Positions 25,698 through 39,894 are shown, counted from the stretch's first letter. The stretch is 64,000 nucleotides of DNA from Octopus bimaculoides (GCF_001194135.2 NC_068991.1:26907014-26971013), one strand, 5' to 3'. A program made the numbers and translations. The notes: generated by a model not told the origin, from the sequence alone.

Positions 25698-28079
25698 TTT
25701 GTTCCTGTGTTAGAAACAATTGCTCTGCAGACATTGACGTAAATATATTCACACAGAATATCAGCTACAGCAATTGCCACCAGTCTGAGGTGAGAGGTCT
25801 TGAAAACGTTAGGGACATTCCCTTTCTTTAACTAACTTATAAAAGAATAGAGAAAGAAGCTATATCAAAGATATTGCAAAGAAAAATACTCTGTAATAGT
25901 CTCCTGGTTGATTTTTTTCGAAAATCTTTGTTTAATTATTCAGAGACTATTTATTGGCCTGCTTCTATTTCTAAACATCTGTGTGTTCTGAATACTACTA
26001 AGATCAAATAAACTCATAAACAAATATATGACATTGAGCCACGAAGCAGAAATCTTCAAACATAGATGTTTTCGGTTTTCAGAAATCTAACACAATAAAA
26101 TATATCAGTGGCCACCAGGAAGCTAATAATTCTTCATATATATATCTTTCTAATGCCAAGATCTTAATACTCTGTCATATACCAGAAGTTTAATACTAAA
26201 ACATGTTTCCAGTTTTACATTGAAAAAGAGTTTTAAAAATCATTTCCTGTAATTATATATATTAAAGAAATGGTAAACGGTTGTCAAATATATGAACTTT
26301 AGGAAGTTATATTAAGCAACTGGTAGTAAGATATCTAAAGACGGACAGAAGATAAACGGATGCCAGGCATTATGGCTTCTATGGCTATATAATATGTATG
26401 GTGTTTAACTTTTAATATTACTGGAATTAACAAACTTAAATCCTTATGTTAATTAGTCCATTATACAAGAGAAAGCACTTTATAAATCCTTTTCAAGAAA
26501 ATTGTACGAAGCCATGTCGATAAACGAGTGTTCTAAATTTAGCTACATGATTATATATACAAAAGTTGATTATGATTATCTGATGCAATACACCAGTCAT
26601 ACGGTGGTAATCACTACTGCATTCTTTTGTGTATACAATTTATAGTGCAAACGTTGTTTTCCTCCATATATGCAATTAACAATCCAGTAACAATTTTATC
26701 AAGAGATTTTGAAGTTAGACGACCTTTCGAATTATTGTTCACTCTAGCATGTAAAATCTAATAAATGCATCATGCTATATTTTCATCTTATATCATCATT
26801 TCGTTGTTCTCTAATACATTTTAGAATTATCTGCCTAATTTCGTAATTTAAGATATTTCAACAACCACAGCACAATTCACATTCCCTTGCTAAATCCATA
26901 AACTCGTATAAAATACGTAACTGAAAAGAATCATAGAAAACCCTGAAGCCACATAAACATCAAGAGATATGTTCGCGCACATTTCCTCAAACATGAACAG
27001 CTGAATGTATCATTATTGTTGGCAGGCTTCCTTAACGAACGCAAATTAAGCAGGAAGGGAGTAGATCATTTATCGTTCTCAAACTAATATAGAAAGACAT
27101 CTCCTATATTTCTAAGTAAATCAAATTTGTCCTTATAAGAAGCCATATCAATTTAACAACGTCATGTAATGTTTGGATATTCTAATGAATAAGCAGACAT
27201 TATATGTTTGTGTGTGTGTGTGAGTTATGCGTGCCTATGTGTGCGTATGTGAGTGTGTGTATATATTTATATATATATATGCATATATATGCATGTATGT
27301 ATGTGTTCCACTGTGTGCCTGTAGGAGTGTGTCTAATATTATATATATANNNNNNNNNNNNNNNNNNNNNNNNNNNNNNNNNNNNNNNNNNNNNNNNNNN
27401 NNNNNNNTATATACATATATGCGCATATATGTGTGAGTTTAAATGGCAACAGATAGTTATGTATGCATATGTATAGATAGATACATATAAACCACATACA
27501 TTCATACATACATGCATGCATACATACATACAAACAAACAAACAAACATGAATACATGCATACATGCATACATGTATACATACATACATACATAAATGTA
27601 TGCATATTTAAATCCACTTGGGAAGTGATTGCCGTCGTAGTTGACGTTGATATCCTTAAATGAATTTCTACTAAATTTTGTTGTATGAGTTTTACTGTTG
27701 TTCGCAGGGAAACCGTCATTAGTTCTATTTTGCAACCGCAGTGACAACAGGGTTATAAGGTGTTAATTTTAATATGATATATTATAAATCATAATAGGAG
27801 GAGGTGAGTGTTAGGGAGGGTGAGATGGGATTACATAAAACAGAAAGGGGGACATACTGAGAGAAATCGAGCCGGAATAGAAAGATAAGTAAAGCAGTAT
27901 AATGTTGATGCAGAGATATAGTATAATATCCAAGGAAATAAGGAACTATNNNNNNNNNNNNNNNNNNNNNNNNNNNNNNNNNNNNNNNNNNNNNNNNNNN
28001 NNNNNNNNNNNNNNNNNNNNNNNNNNNNNNNNNNNNNNNNNNNNNNNNNNNNNTATATATATATATATATATATATATT

Positions 28080-30220
28080 ATTGAGATCCAGGGTCTCCAC
28101 CAGGATGTCACCAGTTTCAGCTTCTACCAACCTGCTATAAAAAGATGAAGTCGTATGAAAAGCGCTGACATTGCCCGAGCGACAGAAGAGTAGGAGAGCC
28201 TTCCGGCATTCCGTGTACCACGAACCCAACCTCGATCATCGACGAAACCAGATTTCTCGTCCACCAAAACTAGTGAACCTTGGAAACATCTGTTTAGCAA
28301 GCGGAAACCACACACGTTCACCATCCAGGAGAAGTCAGAGGTGCCTCAACCTCAGCGCATGCTTGCGCATCAACAGCCAAGGCATATCTAGCCCTCCCTT
28401 TAACGGCTTTTGACTGCAGATAGAACGCATCACAAGTGGAGTCGAGCCCTTCTACAAAATTTTGAAGATCTGTTTCTCCATCTTGCTCAAACACGAAGTT
28501 GGACAGGGAACGACGGTTAGGCAGTGTGTGATGACCGATGCGATAAATACATTGGCCACCTCCACCCTCTTTTTCAAGGATAGCCACCGCCAAGACTAGG
28601 ACTTGACTATGAGGGTCACCTTGCTCGACACCTCTGCCCAATTTTTCTACCTGGAGATCTGGGCCAAACCAGACTCCTAGCAACTTAACTGGACCCTCCG
28701 TCCAACGTCCCACGACACTATCCGAATGCATCGACTTTCCCCTCCAAGTGCCAAGTTGCAAGCCGACTGATTTTTCCCGGTTAATCTTTGCACCTGCCAA
28801 CGTCTCATAATCCTTAATGGTTCCAGCTACCCACCGTAGGTGTTGCATCACGGTCATGATCATGACGATGCTTTGCGCGTATGCTGAAACCGATCCTTCA
28901 CTACCTGACTTCGTTGGGATGCCACTTAAGTTTCGCAGTAACGGTTCAAGAGCCATCACATACAAATGAGGTGAGAGTAGACACGCTTGGTGAAGCGAAC
29001 GTTTGATGCAGAACGGCTTTGATAGAAAAGTGTTCACCCAAACGATCAAGCGATGTTGTCGTATAACTGTATTATCCACCTAAGGAAAGCAGGATCCAGC
29101 ACAAACTGCGCAAGAACGGACACCAGATAGTGATGATCAACCCTATCGAACGCTTAAGATTGGTTTAAATGGACAAGTGCCCCACACTTACCAGAATCGC
29201 TACCACGCCCTTCTACCCTGTAGCGTAAAAGATGGAGATTATCCTGGATACTTCTGCCGTTGACAGCACATGTTTGTGCCTTGCCGATCAGACCAGCCGC
29301 GACAGGCGCCAATATTTTTACTAACACCTTGGCCAAAATCTTCAACTCTGCATTTAGCAGAGAGATGGACCTAAAATTATCTACATTATGTCCCTGTCCC
29401 GGGTCCTTTCTGATCAGCGTCACTACTCCTCGGTGCACAGGTCTTAGAATCATCCCATTCTGCTACCAGTTCTCGTAAACACTGGCCACTAGGTGCATAC
29501 TTTTGTACAATTCGTAAGGTAGATCATCAAGACTAGGCGCCTTATCAACACTGCAGTCCCCTATGGCCTCTGTCACTTCCTCAGGTGTGATCGGTCCTTC
29601 ACAGCACTCCACATCCCGCCCTAATAGGCGTGACAGCCCAGCGAGGAGGTCCGTAAGATCCATCGCACTATTCGGTCCAGCACCACGAAAAGCTGGGCGA
29701 AGTGCTCCTGAAAGATCTAACACATCTCCTCGGGTTCGTTTACCAACTTATTTTGTGGGTTCACCAAAGATCAAACTATGGAATCGTTTCCACGTTCGGG
29801 TTCCACCACTCGAGCCCATCCAACAGCTCTGATCCCCTTGCAACCCATTGCACGCATTCTAGCGCTGACAATGCACCCCATGTGTTTGGCGTCGAGGTGT
29901 TTATTTAATCCCAGTCTCTTCGCCTTCACCTAGGATGCATTGCCAATTTTCATAACTTCCTCTGAGTCCTTAACTAATTTCTCTTCCCTCTTATGCTCTC
30001 CAGCTACTAAGCCTATGCTATATCTAATAGACTCGAATTTAATGGCTCTTTCGAGGGCATACCACGATTTCTTTCTAATGATAGAGCCGGCTAATGCCCT
30101 CTGTTCTAGCAACTTGATCTGGTTCCCATACTCTTCAGTCGCCAAAAGGGATGTATTGAATTTCCAGTAGCCGGATCCTTTTCTATCAAGCTCATCTAGG
30201 TTCATTACAAGATAAAGTTA
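28080..30220 (-). pseudogene. Tx1/L1-clade non-LTR retrotransposon ORF2 fragment, 5'-truncated and dead
   Basis: Fragments in order: GYWKFNTSLL; CEGPITPEEV..KAPSLDDLPYELY; FRSISLLNAELKILAKVL..GRSIQDNLHLLR; LSPHLYVMALEPLL; SAYAQSI (YADD destroyed); GAKINREKS; VKLLGVWFG. Multiple frameshifts. Confidence 0.9.
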
Positions 30221-30860
30221 TTACCTGCTTTTATAGTAAGTTTAATCTGCTAGCTTATCCCAAAATGCATTATTTATGGGATGACTCAATATTTATAGAT
30301 AGACGATAAGCAGCCTTCTTTATAATAGTACAGGTGTGACTAATTCGGAGAAAAATTACTTTCATTATTCACACATCGTCGCGCTCATAATCGAGCACTG
30401 TAATTTTGGTTCAAATTGAAAGTGTGAAATTATTTTCACTTTCTAATGAAACCTGGTCATTGCAGAGCAGTATGTTTCAAATAACTAAAGCTGGTTGTTG
30501 ATAGAACGTAGAAAATGTGTAAATGAAAATAAAGTTTATTTGGTACCTTTTGTAGTTTTGGTAGGTGTAGGGGCTAGAGTGGGCAGGTTGGGTGTTTCTT
30601 CTTTTTTGTACTTTTTGTTTTTGCGGGTTAAACTAGCCCAATCTTTTTTGGTTTCCTCTTTTTCGTTTTTAGTTCAAATTCATATTACTGAATTTCTTGA
30701 TGCCCCATACGTGAAATCCGACAATTCGGTTTTCGAATGCATAAGGAACATACGCACACACACACATACATACAAACTCTCTTATATATATAAGCAGATA
30801 CATACATACAAACATACATGCATACATACATACATACATACATACATACATACATACACA

Positions 30861-31130
30861 GTGAGGTAGACCGCCTCTACCTAAAACAAAAGCAAGGCGG
30901 CAAAGGCTTAAAATCGATCAAAAATACCTTTGAATGTCATATCATTTCCTTTCGGCAACATATTTTATCCACCAAGTGTCGAAGTATGCCCTCTGTACTA
31001 GCAACCTGATCCGGTTCCTTTGATCAAGTTTGCATACATGAGACAGATAACATCAGAAGATTTGGAAGGCAGCTCCTTGAGCAACATTCTTTTTCTGATA
31101 ACCTTACAATACGTGCCCAAAGAAGGCACA
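30861..31130 (+). pseudogene. R4/Dong-like (RLE-type) non-LTR retrotransposon fragment
   Basis: EVDRLYLKQKQGGKGLKSI resembles the DxDRLYLPRxxGGRGL motif that follows the RT domain in RLE-encoding LINEs. Confidence 0.55.
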
Positions 31131-31150
31131 CGACTCTACATGTAATCAAA

Positions 31151-31369
31151 TACGAGGTAGTGCTGAAAAGTTCCTGGCTTTAAGGGTATCGGGAAAGACC
31201 TCGTTGGAAACCTAGCCTTCCGAGTTCTTTTAAAGGGCTCAGAAAACTTGAAAAAACTCTTCAATAACTATGAATCTGAGAGTGATATATGTGGAATAAG
31301 ATCATAATTGACTGAGGCTCCTGTATTTTATTTTACCCAAATCCAAGAACTTGCAACTCCCCACGCGTA
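31151..31369 (+). mobile_element. Mariner-derived MITE / internally deleted mariner
   Basis: Left TIR TA-CGAGGTAGTGCTGAAAAGTTCCTGG, degenerate right TIR CCAAGAACTTGCAACTCCCCACGCG-TA, TA at both ends. The interior resembles a mariner transposase C-terminus (FKGLRKLE...YVE*). Confidence 0.65.
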
Positions 31370-32090
31370 TAAATTAGCCGTAAACTATTTTATTAATAGT
31401 GAAAAACTTTATGAGAATATTGTTACGCCAACTAACATTAACACTCGTACGTAGTTTAATACATTTTGTCCACTTGAAACTACAAGGCTTAAATTGATAT
31501 TAAAATATATGACACTTTAATATTTACTCATTAATAAACATGACAACAACGAGTTCGTTTTATCTTTAACCAAATTCTCCTGATATTGTACGTTTAGTAA
31601 ATACGAACATTTGAGGTAATATATGTTAGAAGGTTTTAACTCCGATGCTACCATTTACTAATTACACAATGTTCGAAAATCAATACCTATATATTTACTA
31701 TTTACATATATATTGGTTAGCCAGAGATGTAGTCAGCTTGGCGAAGAAGAGTTAACTTTAAATAAATTGTCTTTTTGTTGCATTCTAACACAAATGGCTT
31801 ATGTGTTTTGTAAACTACCGCTACGCCAGACTTATAATTATTGTAGACTATGTTTAGCTTCAACTTCCGCATGGTAATGTATGTAGGGAGTCCGTTTCAA
31901 CGAAGTGGGTAGAGATGTGACAAGTTTGATGGTGTGAAATTTTTAGTGAATGTATAAGGCTGAAATGAGTTGTAAATGGCTGGGAGAAAAGAGTTGAATT
32001 CATTACTTCATGTTGTTTAGAGATGATACACAGCTGTAAAATACAGATGAGAGAAAAGGAAGAGGAGTGATGCAGCGTGTTGGTTTAGAG

Positions 32091-33864
32091 CAGGGGTTAC
32101 CAAACTACGGCTAACGAGGTCAGTTCATCTGTCCTGCCGTTACACTGTACCTTTTATGTAAGTACCTGCAATGAGAGTTCATTCCTGCAGCGATCGTGTT
32201 TTGACTTGAATTGTCGTGTTTATGCATTCACATCACGAAAATTTTTGCTGAAAATGAATCTGTCACGTACAAATTACAAAATAGCGCATAAGATAACAGA
32301 GTGAGGGAAACCGATTTCGAACGCAATTTCATCAAATAGTGTAAGATGGAAACAGAAAATGACTTGTGTCCTGAGAAAGCCGATATGCTTGCAAATATCA
32401 GCTTTTCAGAAAGTTCAGCTGTGCGGAAAACAGAAGAACTTGGCGAGAACATAGTGCTGCAAATACGCGAGAAAGTTGGGAACCTCTTGTACTCTCTGGT
32501 GCTGGATGAGTCTACTGATCTGTCTAGTACGTCACAACTTCCGCGTTCATTCTTGGTATTAATTTGGACTTTCATATCACAGAAAACTTGGCATCCGTTT
32601 GCAACATGCACAGAACAACAAATCGAGAAGGCATTTTCATGGGAGTGCAGAAAACTTTGCAAGGCTATAACCTTTAGTGGAATCAGCTTTGATGTGTTAC
32701 AGCTGATGGAGGAGAAAACAAGGCTGGAGTGAGGAAGGGTCTGGTGGAGCAGATCAGGACTAAGTTGGAAGATCTTCAACTTCCGGACGCTCTCAGAAAG
32801 TACTCTGTGGGAAAGACAGAAATTTCTTGCGCACTGAAACCAGTTGTTTCTGTGGTTAACTTCATTCGGGGCCATGCCGTTAATCATCGCCAATTCCAGG
32901 CTTTTCTTGAAGAAATTGATTCTGAATTCTGTGACTTGCCTTATCACACAACAGTGAGGTGGCTCAACTGCGATAAAATCCTCTTTCGTTTTTATAAGCT
33001 CTGAAGAGAAACAAATATTTTTCTGACCGACAAGGACAGAGCTACTCCATGTCTGTCAGATGCTACCTGGCTGTCAAGGTTGGCATTAATGGTTGGCATC
33101 ACATCCCACTTGAATGAATTGAATTTGAAACTTCAGAGAAATGATAAACTTATCTGTGATCTCTACATAATCATCAAAGGGTTTCTGAGAATGCTATCAT
33201 TGTTTGAAACACAACTGGAAAGAGAAACCTCGGGTGTCCGAAGAAGATTTAAATAAGCATTTTCGGAGGTATCTTCAGATCTCGACAGAATTGAGAGTGA
33301 CAGTCTTCTGTTCCAGAATCCGTATAATTGTAAACTTGATGATGTACCAGTCGAACTACAGTTGGTGCTCATTTATTTGCAAGCAATTAAGTTGTTGAAA
33401 GAAAGGCACAGAGAAAGAATAAATGTTGAATTGTATCGCTGCTTATCTGATGATGATTTTTTTTAATTTGAAGAAATATGCCTCTGGTATAGCTTCAGTG
33501 TTTGGAACAAGTCAGCACATCAAACGAGGTTGACTGATAATATTTCAAAAGAATTCTCTTGGTTGGATGCAGTTATTCCAACGCAAATATTGATGATATC
33601 TTAAAATCTAAACAACAGTTTCACAAACCTCACTAACCATTTTTGCTGCTTAGTTTGTGAGATTCAGATATTTGCGCTCTGTGTGTGATATAACTATTTT
33701 ATTGTTAACGTCACCTTCTTTGATAACTTTTTGGTAAATAAATATGTTGGTTGTCTTTATTTTTTGTGTATTCACTGTATTTTATTAAACAAAATGGTTA
33801 TCCTGCTCGCACTCGTCATTCTCTCAGTTATCCGGCACGCGGTGAAAAAGTTTGGTGACACCTG
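32091..33864 (+). mobile_element. hAT DNA transposon (Buster/Charlie, GTF2IRD2-like), internally deleted
   Basis: TIRs CAGGGGTTACCAAACT / AGTTTGGTGACACCTG (14/16 match) and 8-bp TSD GTTTAGAG / CCTTAGAG (6/8, central TA), with transposase remnants inside. Confidence 0.9.
32346..33510 (+). pseudogene. hAT transposase remnant (GTF2IRD2/ZBED-like)
   Basis: YSLVLDESTDLSSTSQL, QKVLCGK, VNFIRGHAVNHRQFQAFLEEIDSEFCDLPYHTTVRWL and HLNELNLKLQ occur in several frames, with stops. Confidence 0.85.
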
Positions 33865-34809
33865 CCTTAGAGTAATTGTAGTATGTTGGTTGTGAAACTA
33901 CCAATTAGTCATACGGTCCATCTCTACATGCAGTCTAAGAGGTTTTCGGGGGCACTAAGAGTAGAGTACATAGTATATGGTTAATAGTTCTAATGTGTCG
34001 CAAATTCAGGTGGCATAAAAGGTGCTATTATTTACATAGGACAAACGGGGTTTCAAGCTTCGTAATTTTGAATGTAAATATATTGATAATGGTCTTTAAG
34101 AGATAAACTGAATTGTAGAATTTAAGCGACGGGTATCAGGTGTATCTCAAACATGGTCAACTGATGAGTAGGCTCTCCCATTAGACGTCATAGAAGATTT
34201 TTACGGAGATCTTAAATGTAATAGAGCGGTTATGTGAGAAAGTACTCAGATACATTTTAAATCTTGATAAAAAAAATACGGTAATGAATATCACTCAGAT
34301 AATAAGTGGCCACTGTTTAGTGAAACATTATCAGATTACAATTTTTCTGTGTTAATTTCGATATGTTTATTGATTGTACCAGCAAACGTATGAAGTAAAT
34401 CATTCCATGGTAATCAGTCAGACTCTTTTTAACTATGTATATAACTACGTTATTTTAGACACTTTTCTTCTTTAAGGACAGTGAGATGTGATTTGAGGAG
34501 AATTCAGCTTCTATTATAATAGGAAGTCACTAATCAAAGGGTCCGATGCTGGAAGTAAATTCGATACTTTAATAGTTTGAAGTTAAACGCTGTTAGGGTT
34601 TTTTACGTATGGTTGATACAAAACTGAAAATTTTCCCCAGAATACTACAGTTCTTTATAGGTTTCATACTGTTAGCATTTAGAAAGATATAGATACACGC
34701 TGGAAAACAGTTGTTTTAATGAATTAATGTCACCTCTTAATTGTTTGTTATTTGATGAACGTGGGCACATGAGGATGATGCAGAGACAGATGAAGAGTTC
34801 GATAGACGT

Positions 34810-34970
34810 TTATGTATGTATATATGTATGTATTTATGTATGAATGTATGTATGTATGTATGTATGTATGTATGTACGTATGTATGTATGCATGCATGTC
34901 TGTATGTCTGTATGTCTGTATGTTTGTATGTCTGTATGTATGCGTGTACATATGTATGTGTGTGTGTTTG
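34810..34970. repeat. (TATG)n/(TATGTC)n microsatellite
   Basis: Read directly. Confidence 0.9.
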
Positions 34971-35444
34971 TGTAACTGTATCAATGCTTGAGTGAGATAT
35001 ATATGCTTGTGTTTCAATGAATGCATGTATGTCCAGTATTGTGCGCAGGAAGCGTGCTAGGAGCACCCGCCATTGGCTATTAGGCGGTTTGAGCATAGTT
35101 TGCAAAATACTCACTTTCCATGTAACTAAGATGATCGGCTACAATTTGGGGATGAGAACTAAAGCGAGCTATGAGATTTGAATGCATGACATCATTGTAA
35201 CACAACATAGGTTCTTTTTATAACATAGTCTGATGCCTACTATGTCTATGTAGGCAATGATATATAGTAAAATTCTGACATCTTAGTTGCAATGAATTCC
35301 TATTCCTATAACGTTAATCAGTATTAAATGGTGGTCTAGATCACCGTGTTTGCAACTGCATTTGCACGGCAAATTACATTGAAAGCGTAATTTTTGTGTA
35401 GATAACCTAAAGAGTTTGAAGCAATTGATATTAGATGGCATTAA

Positions 35445-35632
35445 GGCGGCGAGCTGGCAGAATTGTTAGCGCACCAAAAAAGATGCTTAACGGTATTACT
35501 TCCGTTCTGAGTTCAAATTTCAGCATGGTTGACTTTGCTTTTCATGTGTAACTGTTGAGCACTGGGGCCGATTTAATCGATTGACTCCTCCTTCCAAAGT
35601 GTTGACCTTGTGCCAGGATGTGAAATCAATAT
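35445..35632 (+). mobile_element. SINE family A (internal deletion)
   Basis: GGCGGCGAGCTGGCAGAATTGTTAGC...TTCTGAGTTCAAATTT...TTGAGCACTGGGG. Confidence 0.8.
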
Positions 35633-36549
35633 TAGATAAACCTGAGGACAGTGCATTGGCAGAGGGCTTATAGTGTCGAGAAACATTCCTGGCCCTGTTA
35701 ACTGTAATACGGAATTGTAACATTGGAATAAGGTCACATATTTGCAGGAAGGATGTTATCTATATAACCGAACACAGTTCTTAACAGATACTATACGTTA
35801 TGACTTCAATAAGAGTGAAACGAAAGTTGGCCTCATCGGAATCTGAACACATAACGTAAAGGGCGAGAAATAAATGTTGCAATGTATTTTATGACACTGC
35901 GACTTTAACATTCAACGTTATGGGAGTAACAACAGCAATAACAACAATTGTAGATCAATATCTTTTTTATATTTCTTTGGTGCTTTTACATGTCTGAAAC
36001 TATATTCACAATTTATTCTCAATTATACAAAATATCATTTAACAATAAAGTGACTGCAAAGATATTAATTCTAATTATATTAGGCAATAAAAACGTCAAT
36101 TATGCCAGTGTTAACATAGTTAGTATAATTACTGGAAAAAGTAATTAATTTAATTACACTTGTAGAGAGGACAGAAAAATCATTACGTTAATGACTAATT
36201 CTGACCACGAAGATCATCCTTTCATTGTAAATCTATTGTAATAATTGGTGTAGTATTTTTGGTGGTGTAAACTTCTGTACGATATATTGGAGACAAAACG
36301 AAATTCGTAAGATATAAGATTAATATTTTATTCCAGAAGAGCGTGAGAAGTGGGTTTTGCAAAAGGTTTTGGCTTTCTACTTGAATCTTTAAGGTACGAA
36401 TTTAGATGTACACCTGCAATATAGCATGATACAGTTGTATGAGAAATATTTATTATATCTATGGATGTTAGAGTTGTGGTTGTATACAAAAGTATATGGT
36501 TTATTGAAATCTACATTTTTGTCAGTTGATTTACTCCAATCCTATTGTT

Positions 36550-37520
36550 GAACAACGCCGGTGAAATGTAGGGCAGGTATCTCGAAAAGAAATGTAGAAA
36601 CATTGACGAACTCTAGAAAGCTGAAATACAACCTGACTTCCGTCATGAATGCAGTACAGCCGACCGGATATTCATTCTACTGCAGAGGTGTGCGGTTGCT
36701 TTGTAGACCTCATAGAGTCATATGTCCGCCTGTCACAGGGTCTGCTGCGGAGAGTTTTGCGGGAGTTCGATATATATATATATANNNNNNNNNNNNNNNN
36801 NNNNNNNNNNNNNNNNNNNNNNNNNNNNNNNNNNNNNNNNNNNNNNNNNNNNNNNNNNNNATATGCAACTTCTGAAGTCGCTATACTGCTATACCCAGAT
36901 GTTTATTTTCAAGAAAAATAATGCTAAATCAAGAACTTTCAACTTTGGGGCAAGACATAATTTTAATGAACTGGATTGATATGGGCAGCCGTTGAGGAAA
37001 TAATGTCACATTTGGTGGGTATAGGTTCGGTTGACTGGTATTTGCAAATGACAAGTATTACATGGCTCATCAGAAGGTGATGAGAATGCACTGAGTGAGT
37101 AAGCTGTCGAGTGTTGCAAGGGCCGGGATGAGATATAGTTTTGCTATGATAGAGGCATTGATCCTCTCAACAGCTTTCCAGTGCATTCTACATGTTAATG
37201 GAACATCACTGAGACAAGTGGAGAAGTTTTAGTATCTCACGTCCGTATTCACGAGTGATAGGAAACAGGAGGCCGAACTGAATGTTACGATTGCACTTGC
37301 TAGCACAGTGATGTCGACTCTCAAGCACTCAATACTTAGAAGAGGAAATATTGGTGGGTTAGCCAAACCTGTTTTCTTCAATTCGTTTTTCATCCCTATA
37401 CTTCGTCTTGGATTACGAATGGTAGGTAATGACTGAAGCAGTACGATTTTGAATACAAACGGCAGTAATATAATTCCTCTTTAGGTCATCTTGAGTAACG
37501 TTACTCGAAAGTGTGCATGA
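36550..37520 (+). pseudogene. RTE-clade (Expander/Rex3-like) reverse-transcriptase fragment, split by (TA)n and a gap
   Basis: STADRIFIL, FVDLIESYVRLSQGLLRRVLREFDI (cf. FVDLEKAYDRV), NAKSRTF, LVFAND (cf. FADD), QVEKF*YLTSVFTSDRKQE, WVMTE. Confidence 0.8.
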
Positions 37521-38116
37521 AGAATAGCTTGAAAAATAGGTGATTTCCCTTGTTCCAGCCACATGTCCTCCGCACTGACAGATGACATGTCCAGTACTAT
37601 AGACATGTGACAAGAATATCGCAAGAAAATATCGCAAGTCTGATTCTTGGAGTTAAGCCAACCGACAGGAGATCTAGTGACTGATCAAAAGAGTGATGTT
37701 TGGATAAAATCCACAATGACAGTTGGTGACGCTTTTCCTATTAAGTAGAGATGTTTCTCAACGCTTGGTTTTACATCAATGCTGTGTAGCATTTCTCTTT
37801 CACCTCTACAAGGCATTTGTCGGATGATGTTTGTCCATATTCGATTTATACAATTACAATGTGTAAATGGAAATATGTCGGGCTCAACGCACTTCCCATA
37901 AGACATGTATACACTTGAAAAATACGATAACGATAAACACTGTATACAGTGAGAGATACCCATATATATATATATATACATATTTTAACACACGCACATA
38001 CACATATGTATATATCTGTGTTTGTATTTATGTGTGTGTGTGTGTGTNNNNNNNNNNAACACACGCACATACACATATGTATATATCTGTGTTTGTATTT
38101 ATGTGTGTGTGTGTGT

Positions 38117-38160
<44 letters not shown>

Positions 38161-38661
38161 CTGTCTGTACGTGTGCTTCAGATTGGTTACATACAGTATT
38201 AAGCTGCGCCAAACTTAAGCGTATTTGTGTTGAGAAAGTTGAAATCACAAGAGAAAAACGAGAATCTTGCCATACATCTGGAAACATTTACTCTTTTTTT
38301 TTTTTAGTTTTTACATTTTTTCTATTTTCCTCGCCCATTTCCAACAGTATTATTTCTCTTTGCTGATATTTACACACAGACATATATTGACCATATATAC
38401 GGTTGGCTTCAGATGACCAGATATAAGATATTACATTAGAATATACATATTATTAAAGTTACTGTTAGTTACAATGATTAAACCTCATACAACTCAAATA
38501 TCTATAGTGTCTTTGATATTTTAGTGTTTTTTCTTCCAAGGCAAAAAAAAAGAGAATAACAAGTTTCGACGTTCGACAACATGATAATTGTGTACCTTGA
38601 TGAATTGCCTTTGATATACTTTCTGTATATATATACATTCCACATTTTGGTATAAAGCCTC

Positions 38662-38810
38662 CAGTTTTCAGTGACGGTTGTACGTCGATTACATTGACCC
38701 TGGTGTTCAACTAGTACTTAGTCTATCGATCCCGATAGGATGAAATGTATATACAACATTAGCGGGATTTGAATTCAGAACATACTAAGTCGGTAGAAAT
38801 GCCTAGAATA
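38662..38810 (-). mobile_element. SINE family A, decayed
   Basis: CTATCGATCCCGATAGGATGAAA...GGATTTGAATTCAGAAC. Confidence 0.6.
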
Positions 38811-39894
38811 GAAAAGATATTTATTGAACAGTAAGGACACAAACCAGTAAAAAGAAAAATATTAAATATATTATCCTCTGACAGTCATGTCTGTAAACGA
38901 GGAATATCATGTTCAACATCCTATTTCATCCTGTAAATAATTTAAGGCTGTGGTGTCGGTGCGTTAGCTTATAGTTTAGAGATCGATTCTTGTTCCAAGA
39001 TAACCTATCCATGAAAAAAAAAATTAAGCAATCGCTAAATGTATCTCGCATAGTTTTCTCTCATACCAGTCGGTACCACGGGCGCTGGCTTATTGTAAAT
39101 ACTACGGGATCCTCAGTACAGTGGTTTACCGTAGATATTACTGTTGAAAATATAGCTGATTATGTACAGCCGTACTCACCATCACTGAAACTAGTATTTG
39201 TTCTATATTTCAACGAGTGATAAAAAAAAATAGGAAGAAACCGTATTTCCCCTATATTTTCTCCACTACTGGTGACCATATCTCTTTGAAATGGTACACT
39301 CGGATTTCCTCAGCATTGGAAAGGTGCGAAAGAAACGACGCATCACAGGTGAAAGTTAAAGTTGGGCGAAGACGGTTCACCTGCAAAAGTTGCTTTCTCT
39401 CAGTCCCCACTTAATTCTCTCTCCACTTCTCCATCTCTCGGAAAAATGTTTTTTATCAACGACACAACAAAAGGGCTTCTACATAGAAACTGCTAGAAAT
39501 AAAAGAGAAGTCTCTCATAATAATATTCTACTGTTTGAAAAAGAAGTAGCCTAGATTTTATGCTTTTGCCCATTTATCTATTCGAGTGGATTGAAGAAAA
39601 AGAAAAACAGCTCGTATCACTCAAGAGGTGATTAAATAAATATCTGTGTACTTTGTAACTGTTCAAATAATACGGCAATTTGAAATCCATTACTTTCGAA
39701 ACCATTATAAATTGCATAACCTGTCTGGTATGAGTGATAAATATGCGAGGTACATTAAGCGATTGATAATGATTGCCGAAGCTCAAATTTGACTCTAATT
39801 CCTCTGGACTACTCAGTTACAATACTTGTTCTAAGTAACAATACACATTCACTCCTCCCAAATTGTGATCAATATCTAATTACAAAAAGCAAAA

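Noticed and set aside
25598-25780. Minus-strand ORF with IAVADIL (GPCR TM2-like) and plausible splice sites
   Set aside because: About half of it is the antisense of a decayed family A SINE, and no other GPCR motifs are present.
37988-38117. Perfect ~60-bp direct repeat
   Set aside because: The identical copies sit on either side of a 10-N gap, indicating a contig-overlap assembly artefact.
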